Made by a program: the position numbers and the translations under genes. This document shows positions 36,515-47,069 of a stretch of DNA of 64,000 bases, one piece after another; position 1 is the first letter of the stretch, and the number at the start of each line of letters is the position of its first letter. The notes under the pieces are model-generated. The model was given only the letters and a program-made list of their open reading frames with translations, was not told the origin of the DNA and ran no database searches. Source of the DNA: a virus; the IMG/VR virus record IMGVR_UViG_3300034683_000117, positions 13,065-77,064 of that record; one strand, given 5' to 3'.

Positions 36515-36670
36515 TATGTACCCATATGTTAGTGGGGAATTTAAGCCTTTGGAGTGTCAAACAAACACAAGTAGGTTTATCCAAAAGTGGACATGATGAA
36601 CAAGGAAGGAAACTTAAACTTTATAAAGTTTTGTAAGTTTTCTGTAACAGTATAACTATTTTTTAAAATT
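36515..36670 (+). ncRNA. omegaRNA and right end of tnpB element (end near 36650, guide approximately TATAACTATTTTTTAAAATT)
   Basis: GTACCC..GGGGAATTTAAGCCTTTGGAGTGTC..GACATGATGAACAAGGAA; terminal AAGTTTT repeats ending GTAACAG. Confidence 0.65.
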
Positions 36671-36694
36671 TTTGCCCCTCATGATCGACAAATA

Positions 36695-37120
36695 TTGTCC
36701 GCTTTGCCGTCGGCGGCTATACAAATAGACGGCTCTAAAAAATGTTGGGGCCGAACTCTGTCGGGAGGTCAACCTATGGATGAACAGACCGCAAATCAAA
36801 TTATACAAGAATTAGGGCAATTGTACGGGAAATACTGCGACGCTTTCAACGGTTATGAAATTTATGGTCAATATTTTTTGAAATGTATTAATATGGCACA
36901 GAAGGCCTGTTGGGAAGAAATAACTTATCAAAATAAATATAAACCTTGGGAGACAAATATGCTAACAGAATTATGTAAAACATGCCAGTATTGCAAACAA
37001 GGGCATTGTATTATGGGACAAGAAAAATATCGTCATATAACAAAAGCTAGCGTGTGTAAATATTATACTAAAAATTTAATTAACTCAAAAGGTGACACAT
37101 CGCCTAATTCTGACCAATAA
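36695..37120 (+). CDS. Hypothetical Cys-rich protein
   Basis: Likely start MDEQ after GGAGG; CKTCQYC..C..C. Confidence 0.55.
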   Translation: MSALPSAAIQIDGSKKCWGRTLSGGQPMDEQTANQIIQELGQLYGKYCDAFNGYEIYGQYFLKCINMAQKACWEEITYQNKYKPWETNMLTELCKTCQYCKQGHCIMGQEKYRHITKASVCKYYTKNLINSKGDTSPNSDQ

Positions 37121-37369
37121 TATAACTTGGTGTACAAGACTTTGGCTTGCTATCGCTAAAAACCAGCATTTTTGGGGCATCAGACGTTCTAGAATGCCCT
37201 ACAAGCGTTCAAAATTTTCAGACGTGTAATCATACCAGCCTAAAAAAATGAACGCTCTACGCCAAAATCGGCATTTTTGGCGAATCCGAGTTTTGTGCGT
37301 CGTGCTGCGGTTTATCGGCATTTGCCAAAGTGTACAAATTTGCAAAAATAGAAAGAGGTATACCCTGCC

Positions 37370-37648
37370 TTGAATAAGCTACAAAATTTATGTGATAAGA
37401 ATAATATAACACTTCAAGATATATCAGACAATCTTGGGGTTTCATTAGATACGGCTAAAGCATGGTCGTCTGGCAGGCGCTTGCCAAAGCCTATAGAACG
37501 TCGGCAAATAGAAATGTTGTTGGGTCAAGATGCGTTTCCTGATATATCTAAATATGCCGATCAATGTATCGGTTGTCAGAAAACATGTAAACAACAATAT
37601 TGGTCAACGATTGTATATTGTCCCAAATACCAGAAAGATTCAAAATAA
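37370..37648 (+). CDS. XRE-family HTH regulator with C-terminal Cys cluster
   Basis: ITLQDISDNLGVS..TAKAWSSGRRLP; C..C..TCKQ..CP. Confidence 0.75.
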   Translation: MNKLQNLCDKNNITLQDISDNLGVSLDTAKAWSSGRRLPKPIERRQIEMLLGQDAFPDISKYADQCIGCQKTCKQQYWSTIVYCPKYQKDSK

Positions 37649-37656
37649 TGTAAGAA

Positions 37657-38529
37657 ATGAGGTTGAATATGGCTTCATGCAATTATTCTGGGTTATTAGA
37701 TATTACTATGACGGACAGCCAACTTGCTGATTTTTACCAGGGTGTGTTTGAAGAACCAATATTGACTAATCAATATTTAATTATCCGCAATACTGCGGGT
37801 GAAGTTATAGATAAATATATTTATGACGGTCGTGGATTTGCACGTATTAAATTTAAGGCTATTGATAATGGCTTTACTAATAAAATTAAACCCCTTAATG
37901 TGCGTCAAGAATTATTATTTCACTTATTACAATCGGGAACAAAAATTCCTGTTAAACTTATAGATGGTTGTTTTGGTGTCGGCAAAAGCTTTGTTGCGTT
38001 AAATTGGGCGTTAGAAGCTGTTAATAAACATGATTATGATAAAGTTGTGTATATCCGCAACAATATAGAGGTTAAAGATACTGTGTCAATAGGAGCGTTG
38101 CCAAATGGCCTAAACGATAAATTATTACCGTTTGCCATGCCGATTGCCGATATTGTCGGTGGCTTGGTTGGTTTGGAATATTTACTCAAAGAAAATAAAA
38201 TTGAGATGGCGCATCTTGGGTTTTTACGTGGACGTAATTTTGATAATTCGGTTATTTTTGTTACCGAAGCAGAAAATTTGACAGAGGAACATGTTAAGCT
38301 TATCTTATCGCGTTGCGGTAAAAACAGTGTAATTATATTCGATGGTGATGTTGAGCAGGTAGACAAGAGTGTGTTTGCTGACAAGTCAGGTATGCAGTTG
38401 CTAATTAATGCTCTTAAAGGTAATCCGTTGTTTGGTATGGTAGAGTTGATAGATGTAGAGCGCAGTGATGTGGCAAAACTTAGCGGCGTGTTGTCGGATT
38501 ATCAAAAATTGTCGTGTGCTAGGAAGTGA
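37657..38529 (+). CDS. phoH: PhoH-family ATPase
   Basis: G.FGVGKS, GALP, FLRGRNF, EAENLT, SRCG, GD..QVD, ERS. Confidence 0.9.
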   Translation: MRLNMASCNYSGLLDITMTDSQLADFYQGVFEEPILTNQYLIIRNTAGEVIDKYIYDGRGFARIKFKAIDNGFTNKIKPLNVRQELLFHLLQSGTKIPVKLIDGCFGVGKSFVALNWALEAVNKHDYDKVVYIRNNIEVKDTVSIGALPNGLNDKLLPFAMPIADIVGGLVGLEYLLKENKIEMAHLGFLRGRNFDNSVIFVTEAENLTEEHVKLILSRCGKNSVIIFDGDVEQVDKSVFADKSGMQLLINALKGNPLFGMVELIDVERSDVAKLSGVLSDYQKLSCARK

Positions 38530-39670
38530 TTCATTGCAAAATAAAGAACAAATTATCCATCTATATCAAAACGGTAACAGTTATAGGGAAATAGCTAATG
38601 CACTTAACCAACAGTGTGATACGAATTATTGGGATAGTGAGCGTGTGCGCAATGTTATCAGGCGCTGGCGCAAAAAAAATGAATGTAGTAAAAACACACA
38701 AGAAAAACCAATATCCCCACAACCTAATATAACCGAATGGGAACAATTACAAATTGAACGACAGAAATTGCGCGATGAAAAAACACAACTTAATGCTGTA
38801 TTGCGGAATTATTCACGTATTGAATTAATGGGTGAATACATTATAGATGCAGTACGCTATTTGCCGCCATTGGATGTATGTATACATCCAGATAAACATA
38901 AAAATACTGAGCAACAATTAATTGCGTTATTTTCTGACAGCCAGGTTGGTGAAAGCGTTATTCCTGACGAAATAGATGATAGAAACGCATATGATATTGA
39001 TATATTTAAAGAACGTACAAAACAATATTTTGATCAGGTTGCCTCGATAGCGCAACATGATGGAATTTATACTATTCATATATTTCTACTGGGGGATATA
39101 TTAGACGGCATAAATATTTATAAAAATCAAAAAGCTTATTTGAGCGAAGAAGTAATAGATCAATTAATAATTGCTGCCGAATATTTAAGTCAAATATTTG
39201 CGTCTATGTCTAAATATTTTGATATAAAACTGTATGGTGTTATTGGTAACCATGGGCGTGTGTCTGTGACAGAATCGTTGTCAAGCACCAATTATGAATA
39301 TTTATTATATCGCTATATGGCCGAGCGTTTAAAAGGTATACCGTTTGAATATGGCAAAAGCTTCATTTTACAGACATCAATATTAGGTCATAATTACACA
39401 TTAGTACATGGAGATCATATCAATAACAAAGAAAATTCGTTGACACGTTTATACAGTTTATACCCGAATACTGACGTTTTTGTGTTAGGTCATTGGCATG
39501 TACCCGAACAAAAGGTAGTTAATAATTTTAAATATGTGGCTAATGGATGTTTGGTTGGTGGCAATATATACAGTATGAAGCATTTCCAAAGTATAGTTAG
39601 GCCAAGCCAGACATGTTTTGTAGTTACGGAAGATCGTCCTAAATGGGCTACGTACGAAATTGAGTTATAA
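38465..39670 (+). CDS. HTH plus calcineurin-like metallophosphoesterase
   Basis: SDSQVG, LGDILDG, GNHGR, HGD, GHWH. Confidence 0.85.
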   Translation: MMWQNLAACCRIIKNCRVLGSDSLQNKEQIIHLYQNGNSYREIANALNQQCDTNYWDSERVRNVIRRWRKKNECSKNTQEKPISPQPNITEWEQLQIERQKLRDEKTQLNAVLRNYSRIELMGEYIIDAVRYLPPLDVCIHPDKHKNTEQQLIALFSDSQVGESVIPDEIDDRNAYDIDIFKERTKQYFDQVASIAQHDGIYTIHIFLLGDILDGINIYKNQKAYLSEEVIDQLIIAAEYLSQIFASMSKYFDIKLYGVIGNHGRVSVTESLSSTNYEYLLYRYMAERLKGIPFEYGKSFILQTSILGHNYTLVHGDHINNKENSLTRLYSLYPNTDVFVLGHWHVPEQKVVNNFKYVANGCLVGGNIYSMKHFQSIVRPSQTCFVVTEDRPKWATYEIEL

Positions 39671-39902
39671 GGAGATATGTTATATGGAATATAGAATTAC
39701 TGTTCCCGTTGAAGATATTCGGGAAGAGATATATGAATTAGCCAAAGAACACATTGATTTAATCATAGCATCAGGATATGACCCTAAAATGTTGTGTGAT
39801 TGCTTGATTGATATGTTTAATATTGGTTACCGCGTCGGTGTAGAAGATCATAAATTAGCTATGTTGTATTTGGTGGAAAATGCCAACATATTAGACGATT
39901 AA
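39660..39902 (+). CDS. Hypothetical protein
   Basis: AAGGAG RBS. Confidence 0.55.
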   Translation: MSYKEICYMEYRITVPVEDIREEIYELAKEHIDLIIASGYDPKMLCDCLIDMFNIGYRVGVEDHKLAMLYLVENANILDD

Positions 39903-39907
39903 TAGCT

Positions 39908-40768
39908 ATGGCTACGGATTTAAGTAAGCGTTTATGTCAAAGATGCCACCAAAAACGTAACATAGCACGTGACTTCTATATGCATCGTAAATTTGTTGCT
40001 GGACGCGGACTTGATTTATGGTGTAAAGAATGTGTTAGTGAGTATGTGTATAACGAAGAAAGCTTACGCATTTATTTAGCCGCCAATTATCGCGTGTTTC
40101 AACCGCAGTTATGGCAAACTGCGGTTAATACTGCTGTCGAACAACTGCAAAACGATAAAGAGTATCAGTTGTCTCAACCAACGCAAAGACAGAATATGTT
40201 GGATGCGGCTGCTGTGAAAATTTATTTACGGCGTATGAATCAAAAGCAGTATTATAAAGTTGCGGACGATGCACCAACTGATTGGGCTGATATTGAAGGT
40301 GATTCAAACGGTACGCCTGTAGAGTCGATGAAAAAAACATATAATCGCAAGTGGCATGGTTATTATACAGACGCTGAAATTGAGTATTTGGATGAATATC
40401 TTGAAGGATTGCAGCGCGATTACGAAATAATCACTACTAACCATTTAGATTATGCTAAAAAGGTTGCTAAGGCAAGTTTAATGGTGGATAAATGTTATGC
40501 CGCTATAGCTGATGGTGGTGACAATGCAATGAAAAAATATAAAGATGCAAAAGAAATATTTGACTCGTTATCACAGTCGGCTAAATTTGCAGAAAAGACA
40601 AGGTCGCCTAATGAGGTCGCGGGGTTGGGTAGTTTTGGTGAATTAGTAAAACGTATGGAAAATCAAGGATTTTTACAGACAAAGGTTGAATTTGAGCCTG
40701 ATGATGTAGATAAAATTTTAGAAGAGTTTAGTCATACGATTAAATCTCTGAATGGTGTGGTAGAGTAA
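39908..40768 (+). CDS. Putative terminase small subunit
   Basis: CQRC..CKEC Zn finger; directly upstream of and overlapping terL. Confidence 0.55.
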   Translation: MATDLSKRLCQRCHQKRNIARDFYMHRKFVAGRGLDLWCKECVSEYVYNEESLRIYLAANYRVFQPQLWQTAVNTAVEQLQNDKEYQLSQPTQRQNMLDAAAVKIYLRRMNQKQYYKVADDAPTDWADIEGDSNGTPVESMKKTYNRKWHGYYTDAEIEYLDEYLEGLQRDYEIITTNHLDYAKKVAKASLMVDKCYAAIADGGDNAMKKYKDAKEIFDSLSQSAKFAEKTRSPNEVAGLGSFGELVKRMENQGFLQTKVEFEPDDVDKILEEFSHTIKSLNGVVE

Positions 40769-42534
40769 TGTGTGCTTTTGCTAATTTTTCGTTGAATAAG
40801 GCCGCGGCACAAAATGGTGCTTATCGGAATTTAGACAGCCCATTAGCTCATGACCCTATCAAAAAAATTGAAATTAAAAATGCTGGAGAATGGGAAAAAC
40901 AAATACAGTTTTACCGAACACATTTAGACGTGTTTATCGAAGAAGTATTTGGTGTTAAGTTATTTGATTTTCAGAAAGTTATCGCACGTGCTATTAGTAA
41001 GACGAACAACAGCGTGATAATTGAGTGTAGGTCATTAGGTAAAACATGGGAGCTGGCACTTATTTTATTGGCATTAGGTACGTTATATAGCGATTGTCCG
41101 ATTGGTGTTGTGTCAGGCAATCGTAAACAGGCTAATAATGTAGTTAAAAAAATTGAGCATGATTTTGCTAAAAATCCTAATATAGCACGCGAAATAGTAT
41201 TTCCAATAAAACTATCAACTGATGAAGGTATCGTTAATTTACGTTCAGGGAGCTATATTGAAACATTTGTACTTGGTCATAGTGGTGATAGTGGACGTGG
41301 CGGTCGTTATAAAGTCGTATTAATCGATGAGGCCAGACTTGTGAAAGAACTCGCTATCAATGAGGTTATTTTGCCCACGCTACAGTATAGCCGTCCTGTT
41401 TATTATAAATATAAAGATAGTGGTTATGTAGATTTTGACAGCAAAATTATACAAACGTCAAGCGCTTATTTAAAAGCTTGTGATTTATATAACAGATTTG
41501 AAATTCATATTAATGAAATGCGAAATGATAATGACCACTATTTTGCCTGTGCGTTAAATTATGATCCTGGTATTCGTAACGGCATTATTAAAGAGAGCTA
41601 TATTGAAGATCAGAAGCGTAATATTCCATCATCTGTATTCAATTATGAGTGGAATTCTGTATTTGTTGGTAGCCAGGAGAATTCATATTTCCCATATGAT
41701 TTAACAGAACCTTGCCGTAAGCTACAGCGCGTTGAAGTAGTTCAACCGCGTGATAGTAAATCAATATATGTAATGGGTGTTGACCCTGCTGTTTCAGGTA
41801 ATCCAAACACAGATAATGCAATTATTACAGTGTTAAAACTCAAAGAAAAACCTGATGGTACGTATATTAAAGATTTGGTGTATATGCGTTCGTTACATGG
41901 TTATCAACTCGACCAGTTGGCTGATGAAATTAGAAAAACATATACGCGGTTTCCTAATACTCAAAAAATTGTTGTAGATGTTATGAATGTCGGGCAAGGG
42001 TTAATTCCGTTATTAGATATGGTGTGGGTCGATCCTGTAACAAATAAAGAATATCCACCATTTGTACCAGATGATGACCCAAAACGCATGATGATGCCAG
42101 ATGCTGTACCATTGGTTAGAGCTGTGTTGCCAAGTGTGGAATCTAATAATAGGATGGCTACTTATACGCGCTTATGCCTTGAAAGAGAAACGTTAAATCT
42201 TCCTGTTTCGTCAAGTAGAATTGATTTTATACGTAGTAATAATGACGATGATGATAATGATACGCATTTAACAAAGAGCAAGGCGCAAATGCTTGTTGAG
42301 GAAAAAGCTATATTTATAGAGGCCGATGCTTTACAGCATGAAATGGCTAATATTATTCCGGCTCTCACATCAAATGGACGTATTATTTATGATCGTGCCA
42401 CAAAGTCAATACATCGTGACAGATACACATGTATGGCAATGACATTAGATTATGTTCGTGAGTTAGAAGAAATTAACAAAGACGAAATTAGATCAGACGG
42501 CGAAACAGTGGTAGGTATAGCTTTGCATTTTTGA
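40768..42534 (+). CDS. terL: Terminase large subunit
   Basis: FQK, RSLGKT, RGGR..VLIDEARLV, SSA, MGVDPA, RDRY. Confidence 0.92.
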   Translation: MCAFANFSLNKAAAQNGAYRNLDSPLAHDPIKKIEIKNAGEWEKQIQFYRTHLDVFIEEVFGVKLFDFQKVIARAISKTNNSVIIECRSLGKTWELALILLALGTLYSDCPIGVVSGNRKQANNVVKKIEHDFAKNPNIAREIVFPIKLSTDEGIVNLRSGSYIETFVLGHSGDSGRGGRYKVVLIDEARLVKELAINEVILPTLQYSRPVYYKYKDSGYVDFDSKIIQTSSAYLKACDLYNRFEIHINEMRNDNDHYFACALNYDPGIRNGIIKESYIEDQKRNIPSSVFNYEWNSVFVGSQENSYFPYDLTEPCRKLQRVEVVQPRDSKSIYVMGVDPAVSGNPNTDNAIITVLKLKEKPDGTYIKDLVYMRSLHGYQLDQLADEIRKTYTRFPNTQKIVVDVMNVGQGLIPLLDMVWVDPVTNKEYPPFVPDDDPKRMMMPDAVPLVRAVLPSVESNNRMATYTRLCLERETLNLPVSSSRIDFIRSNNDDDDNDTHLTKSKAQMLVEEKAIFIEADALQHEMANIIPALTSNGRIIYDRATKSIHRDRYTCMAMTLDYVRELEEINKDEIRSDGETVVGIALHF

Positions 42535-42551
42535 TAGAAAGGGGTGATTAA

Positions 42552-44054
42552 GTGGCACGACGTAATAGACAACAGCAAGAGCAGGTACAAAAGGATGATA
42601 ATATGGTCCTTGGTGTTCGGACCAGCACTACTCCTACAGATGTTGTTATTAATGTATATGAGCCTAATCGTAACTATAGCTCAAGCGGAAGCTTGAAAAA
42701 TTATGATATAGATCAAATATTACAACGCAAACAGGATAACATATACAAAATATATGAATTAATGTCATTTTATGTAGATGCTGATAGTATATTTTCAGGA
42801 GCTATTAAACGTATATTAGTGCCGTTTAGTTCAAGTAAATGGTATTTACAAGGTAAAAATGAGGCAGCTAAACGCAAATATGAACAATGGTTCAACGATA
42901 TTAAGCTTAATGATTTAATAAAAGGACTATTTTATGACCTGTATTTATACGGGCAAGTGTTCCTTTATGACCGAGGAAGTTGGATTGACATATTACCTCC
43001 GCACAAAATTCAAATTATGGACATGGGGGTTAATGGCGAACCTGTGCTTGCGTTTAAGATAGAAGAATTTGCTACACGTGGATATGCTGCGATTGATGAA
43101 AAATTTATTAACACATTGTTAAAAAAATATGAAGGCTATCCTGAAGAAATACAAGAGGGTATTAAGAAGCGTCAACAGTGGGTGCAGTTAAATCCAGCAA
43201 ACACATATGCAATACAGGGACAAAAGTCGCTGTGGGAAAAATACGCAATGCCATTCGGGGTTTCTGCATTAAAAGCTTTTGCTAAAAAACAACTGATTAG
43301 CGAATATGAAAACGCTTTGTTGAACTTAATGGTCAAAAGCTTTTTACATGTCAAAGTTGGTGATAGTAACCATTACCCTAAACCAAGCGTTGCTGAGTTA
43401 TCAAATATCGGTAATATATTTAAAGACGCCATTAACGGTTTCCCATTAGCTGTTACCACATGGAATATTGATGCGGAATGGGTTAGATTAAACGACAGTA
43501 ATTTTGATATATCGAAAAATAAATATGTTGAAGTTAATACAGAGATATTAGAGAGTTGTGGTATATCAAGTCTGATTGTCAGCGGTCAAGGCGACAGCAG
43601 CTCAAGTTATGCGCAGGCACAGGTTAATGTTAATGTGTTGGTTGAGCGTATAGAACAAGCCCAACGTGATGTTATAGATTTTATAAATACTATTATGCGG
43701 AAACGGGCTGCTGAATGGCGTGTATCAGATACACGTATTCCTGAATTTCATTTTGAGGAAACGTCGTTGCGTGACGATACTGCGTTCCGCAAAGAAGTAT
43801 TGTCATTATTCCAGAACGGATTACTTGGCTATCGCTCTACGCTTGAGCGCCTTGGGTACGATTATGAACAAGAAAAATCGCGTAAACAAGATGAAAATGA
43901 AAGTGCTGACCGTAATGTTTTTGTAGTGCCTCCTAGTTTTTATATACAGACACCAGATTCGGATGCTGGCCGCCCTACTACGCCTGATAATGAGCGTGTC
44001 TCTGATCCTAATGATTCAAAGAGCGGGGCTGCACCAAAGCCGTCTGGGTCATAA
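42552..44054 (+). CDS. Portal protein
   Basis: Position after terL, 500 aa, G..F.Y..LPP and GRP motifs. Confidence 0.8.
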   Translation: MARRNRQQQEQVQKDDNMVLGVRTSTTPTDVVINVYEPNRNYSSSGSLKNYDIDQILQRKQDNIYKIYELMSFYVDADSIFSGAIKRILVPFSSSKWYLQGKNEAAKRKYEQWFNDIKLNDLIKGLFYDLYLYGQVFLYDRGSWIDILPPHKIQIMDMGVNGEPVLAFKIEEFATRGYAAIDEKFINTLLKKYEGYPEEIQEGIKKRQQWVQLNPANTYAIQGQKSLWEKYAMPFGVSALKAFAKKQLISEYENALLNLMVKSFLHVKVGDSNHYPKPSVAELSNIGNIFKDAINGFPLAVTTWNIDAEWVRLNDSNFDISKNKYVEVNTEILESCGISSLIVSGQGDSSSSYAQAQVNVNVLVERIEQAQRDVIDFINTIMRKRAAEWRVSDTRIPEFHFEETSLRDDTAFRKEVLSLFQNGLLGYRSTLERLGYDYEQEKSRKQDENESADRNVFVVPPSFYIQTPDSDAGRPTTPDNERVSDPNDSKSGAAPKPSGS

Positions 44055-44072
44055 TATTATTCGTGAAAGGAG

Positions 44073-45578
44073 GTGAAATTGTTGATAGACAAACTAAAAT
44101 TTGACGCACAGCGTATCTTGTCTTTGTCTGATACTAATGATATTTACATGGAAGCAAAAGTGCTTTTTCTTACTGACCAAACAAACTTAAATGGTACAAG
44201 ATTTACAGGTAGTTTTATTAATAGTGTTGTAGAACAAGATTATAAGTACCAAGGACTACCTTTGGTTGTGGATATGGAGAAGTTGGAAAGTAAAAAATAT
44301 AATCAGCTAACGCATAAATTAACACCAGAGGGATTTGGCACACAAATGATTGGTGATTTTATACAATTCTATCAGGAGAATGTAGATAATGGTGCGTTGG
44401 GTTTGTTTGGTATTGTAAGAATTTATAAGCGCTTTCCTGCTACGTGTGCTGCTATATTAGATTTATATAGTCGCGGCTTACTAAGATTCTCCGTAGAGGT
44501 GCTTGTCGGAGAGTATTACATTAATGACGATGGCACAAAGGATGTGCCTGCATCCGATGAAAACACATTGATGGGTGTGGCAATTGTATCAAATCCCGCA
44601 GAGCCACGTTCGCAGGCTTATTATTTAGTAGCGGAGGCGCTGTTAGAAGATCAGAAAGAGGTGAAAACAATGGCTGAAATAAATATTGATAATTCTGCTG
44701 AAAAGGCGTCTGATGTACAGTGGGGCGATGTTGATTTAACGGATTTGCGTGATAAGCTGATGGAGGCCGACAATAAAGCCGAGTTAGTGCGTGAGGCTTA
44801 TTTGGTAGTTGAAGAAGGCTGGGAGACTGCTCCGTCGCAACACTTGAAATATCCGCATCATGTTATTGAAAACGATACGCTTGTTGTCGCAGTTAACGGG
44901 TGTCAAGCAGCATATCAAAGGCTTATGCAAAATGACCCTAATAACGATGAAGCATTAAGTCATCTAAAAAGACATTATGATGAACTTGGATTAACAATGG
45001 AAAAAGCGGATACCGAAGCAGATGTTGAAGCGTCAGATAATAAAGAGATTGAAGTCCAAGCGCAAGACAATAAAGAGATTGAATCTCAAATACAAGATGT
45101 AGCACAAGAATTGCAAGCACTACAAGAGGAACTGGCTAAATGCAAAGCAGAATTGCAGGACAAAATTAATGAGTTGGCTGAAGCCAAAAACCTAATATCC
45201 CAAAAAGAAGCGGATATTGTGTCGCTTGGTGAAGCCATATCAAACAAAGATGCAGAAATAGCATCATTGAATGAAATTAAAGTCAAATATGACCAGATTG
45301 TAGCCGAGCAAGAAGAAAGTGCTAAACAAGCTAAGAAATCAGCATTGACTGAAAAGTTAGCTAAGTTCTTTAAAGCTGACGAATTGACGCAACCAGAAAT
45401 TGCTCAAGCGATTGAGTCGCTTGATGAAAATGCTGTCAATAAGTTGATAGCTGACAAAGTTGTTGCGCAAGCACAAAATGACAATTATAAACGTTTTGTA
45501 ACACGCATTACTGCTGATATTAAACCTGGTGATTCGGCAGATGTCGTGTCAAAATATATAACTATTTATAACAAATAA
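44073..45578 (+). CDS. Prohead protease/scaffold fusion
   Basis: NLNG..F, FSVEV, GVAIV.NPA; coiled-coil C-terminus. Confidence 0.75.
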   Translation: MKLLIDKLKFDAQRILSLSDTNDIYMEAKVLFLTDQTNLNGTRFTGSFINSVVEQDYKYQGLPLVVDMEKLESKKYNQLTHKLTPEGFGTQMIGDFIQFYQENVDNGALGLFGIVRIYKRFPATCAAILDLYSRGLLRFSVEVLVGEYYINDDGTKDVPASDENTLMGVAIVSNPAEPRSQAYYLVAEALLEDQKEVKTMAEINIDNSAEKASDVQWGDVDLTDLRDKLMEADNKAELVREAYLVVEEGWETAPSQHLKYPHHVIENDTLVVAVNGCQAAYQRLMQNDPNNDEALSHLKRHYDELGLTMEKADTEADVEASDNKEIEVQAQDNKEIESQIQDVAQELQALQEELAKCKAELQDKINELAEAKNLISQKEADIVSLGEAISNKDAEIASLNEIKVKYDQIVAEQEESAKQAKKSALTEKLAKFFKADELTQPEIAQAIESLDENAVNKLIADKVVAQAQNDNYKRFVTRITADIKPGDSADVVSKYITIYNK

Positions 45579-45590
45579 GGAGGAAATAAA

Positions 45591-46022
45591 ATGGCTTTTT
45601 TATTGAATATGGGCAACGACCTATATTTAGGAACTTTAAATGCCGCCGCTGCGGTGAAACCTGGTGTGTTCGTAGTGCCTGACTACAGCGCTGGTACTGT
45701 CGCTATAGCTGATGCAACTTCGGGTGATGGTGATGTATGGGTTGTAGCTAACGACATAGATACTGTTGCTGAACAAGGTATAAATGACCTTGACTACGAA
45801 GTGGCCGCTGGAGAGAAAGTTAAAATACACAAACTAGTACCTGGCGAAGTGTTTACGGTTGATTTATTCAACGGCACGCCTGCTGTTGGCGATGTAGTCG
45901 CCGCAGGTGTAGGTGGCAAACTTGAGGCTGTGGGGACAAGGACGCCCGACTCGTCTTTCACCGTTATAGAGAAACCCGTTTTATGGGGCGTACAATGCAT
46001 TAAATGCGTTGTGAATGACTAA
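45591..46022 (+). CDS. Head decoration or minor capsid protein
   Basis: Position, size, G/A/V-rich. Confidence 0.6.
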   Translation: MAFLLNMGNDLYLGTLNAAAAVKPGVFVVPDYSAGTVAIADATSGDGDVWVVANDIDTVAEQGINDLDYEVAAGEKVKIHKLVPGEVFTVDLFNGTPAVGDVVAAGVGGKLEAVGTRTPDSSFTVIEKPVLWGVQCIKCVVND

Positions 46023-46043
46023 TAGAGAAGGGAGATTAGAAGA

Positions 46044-47018
46044 ATGGCTTTAAAAACTGATAAGGCTGTAGAAGTCTTTACTGCAAGCATATTGCATAAA
46101 GCGAATGATAAGGATATAGAGATAGAGGAAGCCCGTCAAGCTATACGTACGTTGGCGCAGACGCCCAGTCCTGCTAACCGTTGGGAAATAGCACAGATAA
46201 TGGGCTTTGTTATTGACAATGTATTAGCCGAGCGTATGAATTATTTAGATTATATAGCCGATGTGAAGAACGTTGGTATGGGTGAAAAAGCCCAGTTTGC
46301 TATTGAACTTGACGGTCTGCAAGCATTTATAATCGCTAAAGGTGCTACCGTTGAGAGAAGCAAGGTATTAAATAAATATATAACCGTAGATACTGAAGCA
46401 GTTGGTATACGCCCGTTTGTGAACTTTACCGAATTAGCATCTGGTAAGGTAAATTTCGACAGGTTGGCTGTACAGGCTGCTGACAAAATGGAACAAAAAA
46501 TGATACAGCGCATAGAGGCAGTATTGTACAGTGCGTTTGCTGGATATGCTGCTCCGAATTATGCATCTGGTTCTGCTGTTGTGCCTGCAACGTTTGACCA
46601 GCAGTTACGTGCGTTCCAGCGTTATGGTGATGTAAGTATAGTTGGCGATATAGATGTTATATCTCAATTAACCAGCTTAACCGGATTCAATAATGTGGTA
46701 GCCGATCCATTAATGGTAGAACATAATCAGAACGGATTTATAGGCACATATAAAGGTGCCAATGTGGTTAAGTTAATCAACCCGTTTGCAGACGCCAATA
46801 TGTCTGGTACTGTATTGCGTAATGATTTGTTATATATAGTGCCTAGCGGAGACCCTGCTATGCGTCCGTTAAAAGTCGTATTTGAAGGCGGCATACAGTC
46901 TATGGACCAAACCAATATAAACGATTTGTCTTATGAAATGAGATTTGATCGTTTGTTTGGTGTTGGTATAGCGGCTGGCGTCAACCTGCTTGGCGTGTAT
47001 GAGGATACTTCCATATAG
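46044..47018 (+). CDS. Major capsid protein
   Basis: Position, 324 aa, strong RBS, followed by terminator. Confidence 0.8.
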   Translation: MALKTDKAVEVFTASILHKANDKDIEIEEARQAIRTLAQTPSPANRWEIAQIMGFVIDNVLAERMNYLDYIADVKNVGMGEKAQFAIELDGLQAFIIAKGATVERSKVLNKYITVDTEAVGIRPFVNFTELASGKVNFDRLAVQAADKMEQKMIQRIEAVLYSAFAGYAAPNYASGSAVVPATFDQQLRAFQRYGDVSIVGDIDVISQLTSLTGFNNVVADPLMVEHNQNGFIGTYKGANVVKLINPFADANMSGTVLRNDLLYIVPSGDPAMRPLKVVFEGGIQSMDQTNINDLSYEMRFDRLFGVGIAAGVNLLGVYEDTSI

Positions 47019-47020
47019 TT

Positions 47021-47050
47021 GTAGGGAGGATCACCTCCCTACCCTATTTT
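47021..47050 (+). terminator. Intrinsic terminator after capsid gene
   Basis: GTAGGGAGG-ATCA-CCTCCCTAC then T run. Confidence 0.75.
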
Positions 47051-47069
47051 ATTGTAAAGGAGTGGTTGA

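Noticed and set aside
36651-36670. TnpB guide targeting the promoter near 26127-26136 (TldR-like regulation)
   Set aside because: Only a 10-nt AT-rich match, no G-rich TAM, and the RuvC site is intact.
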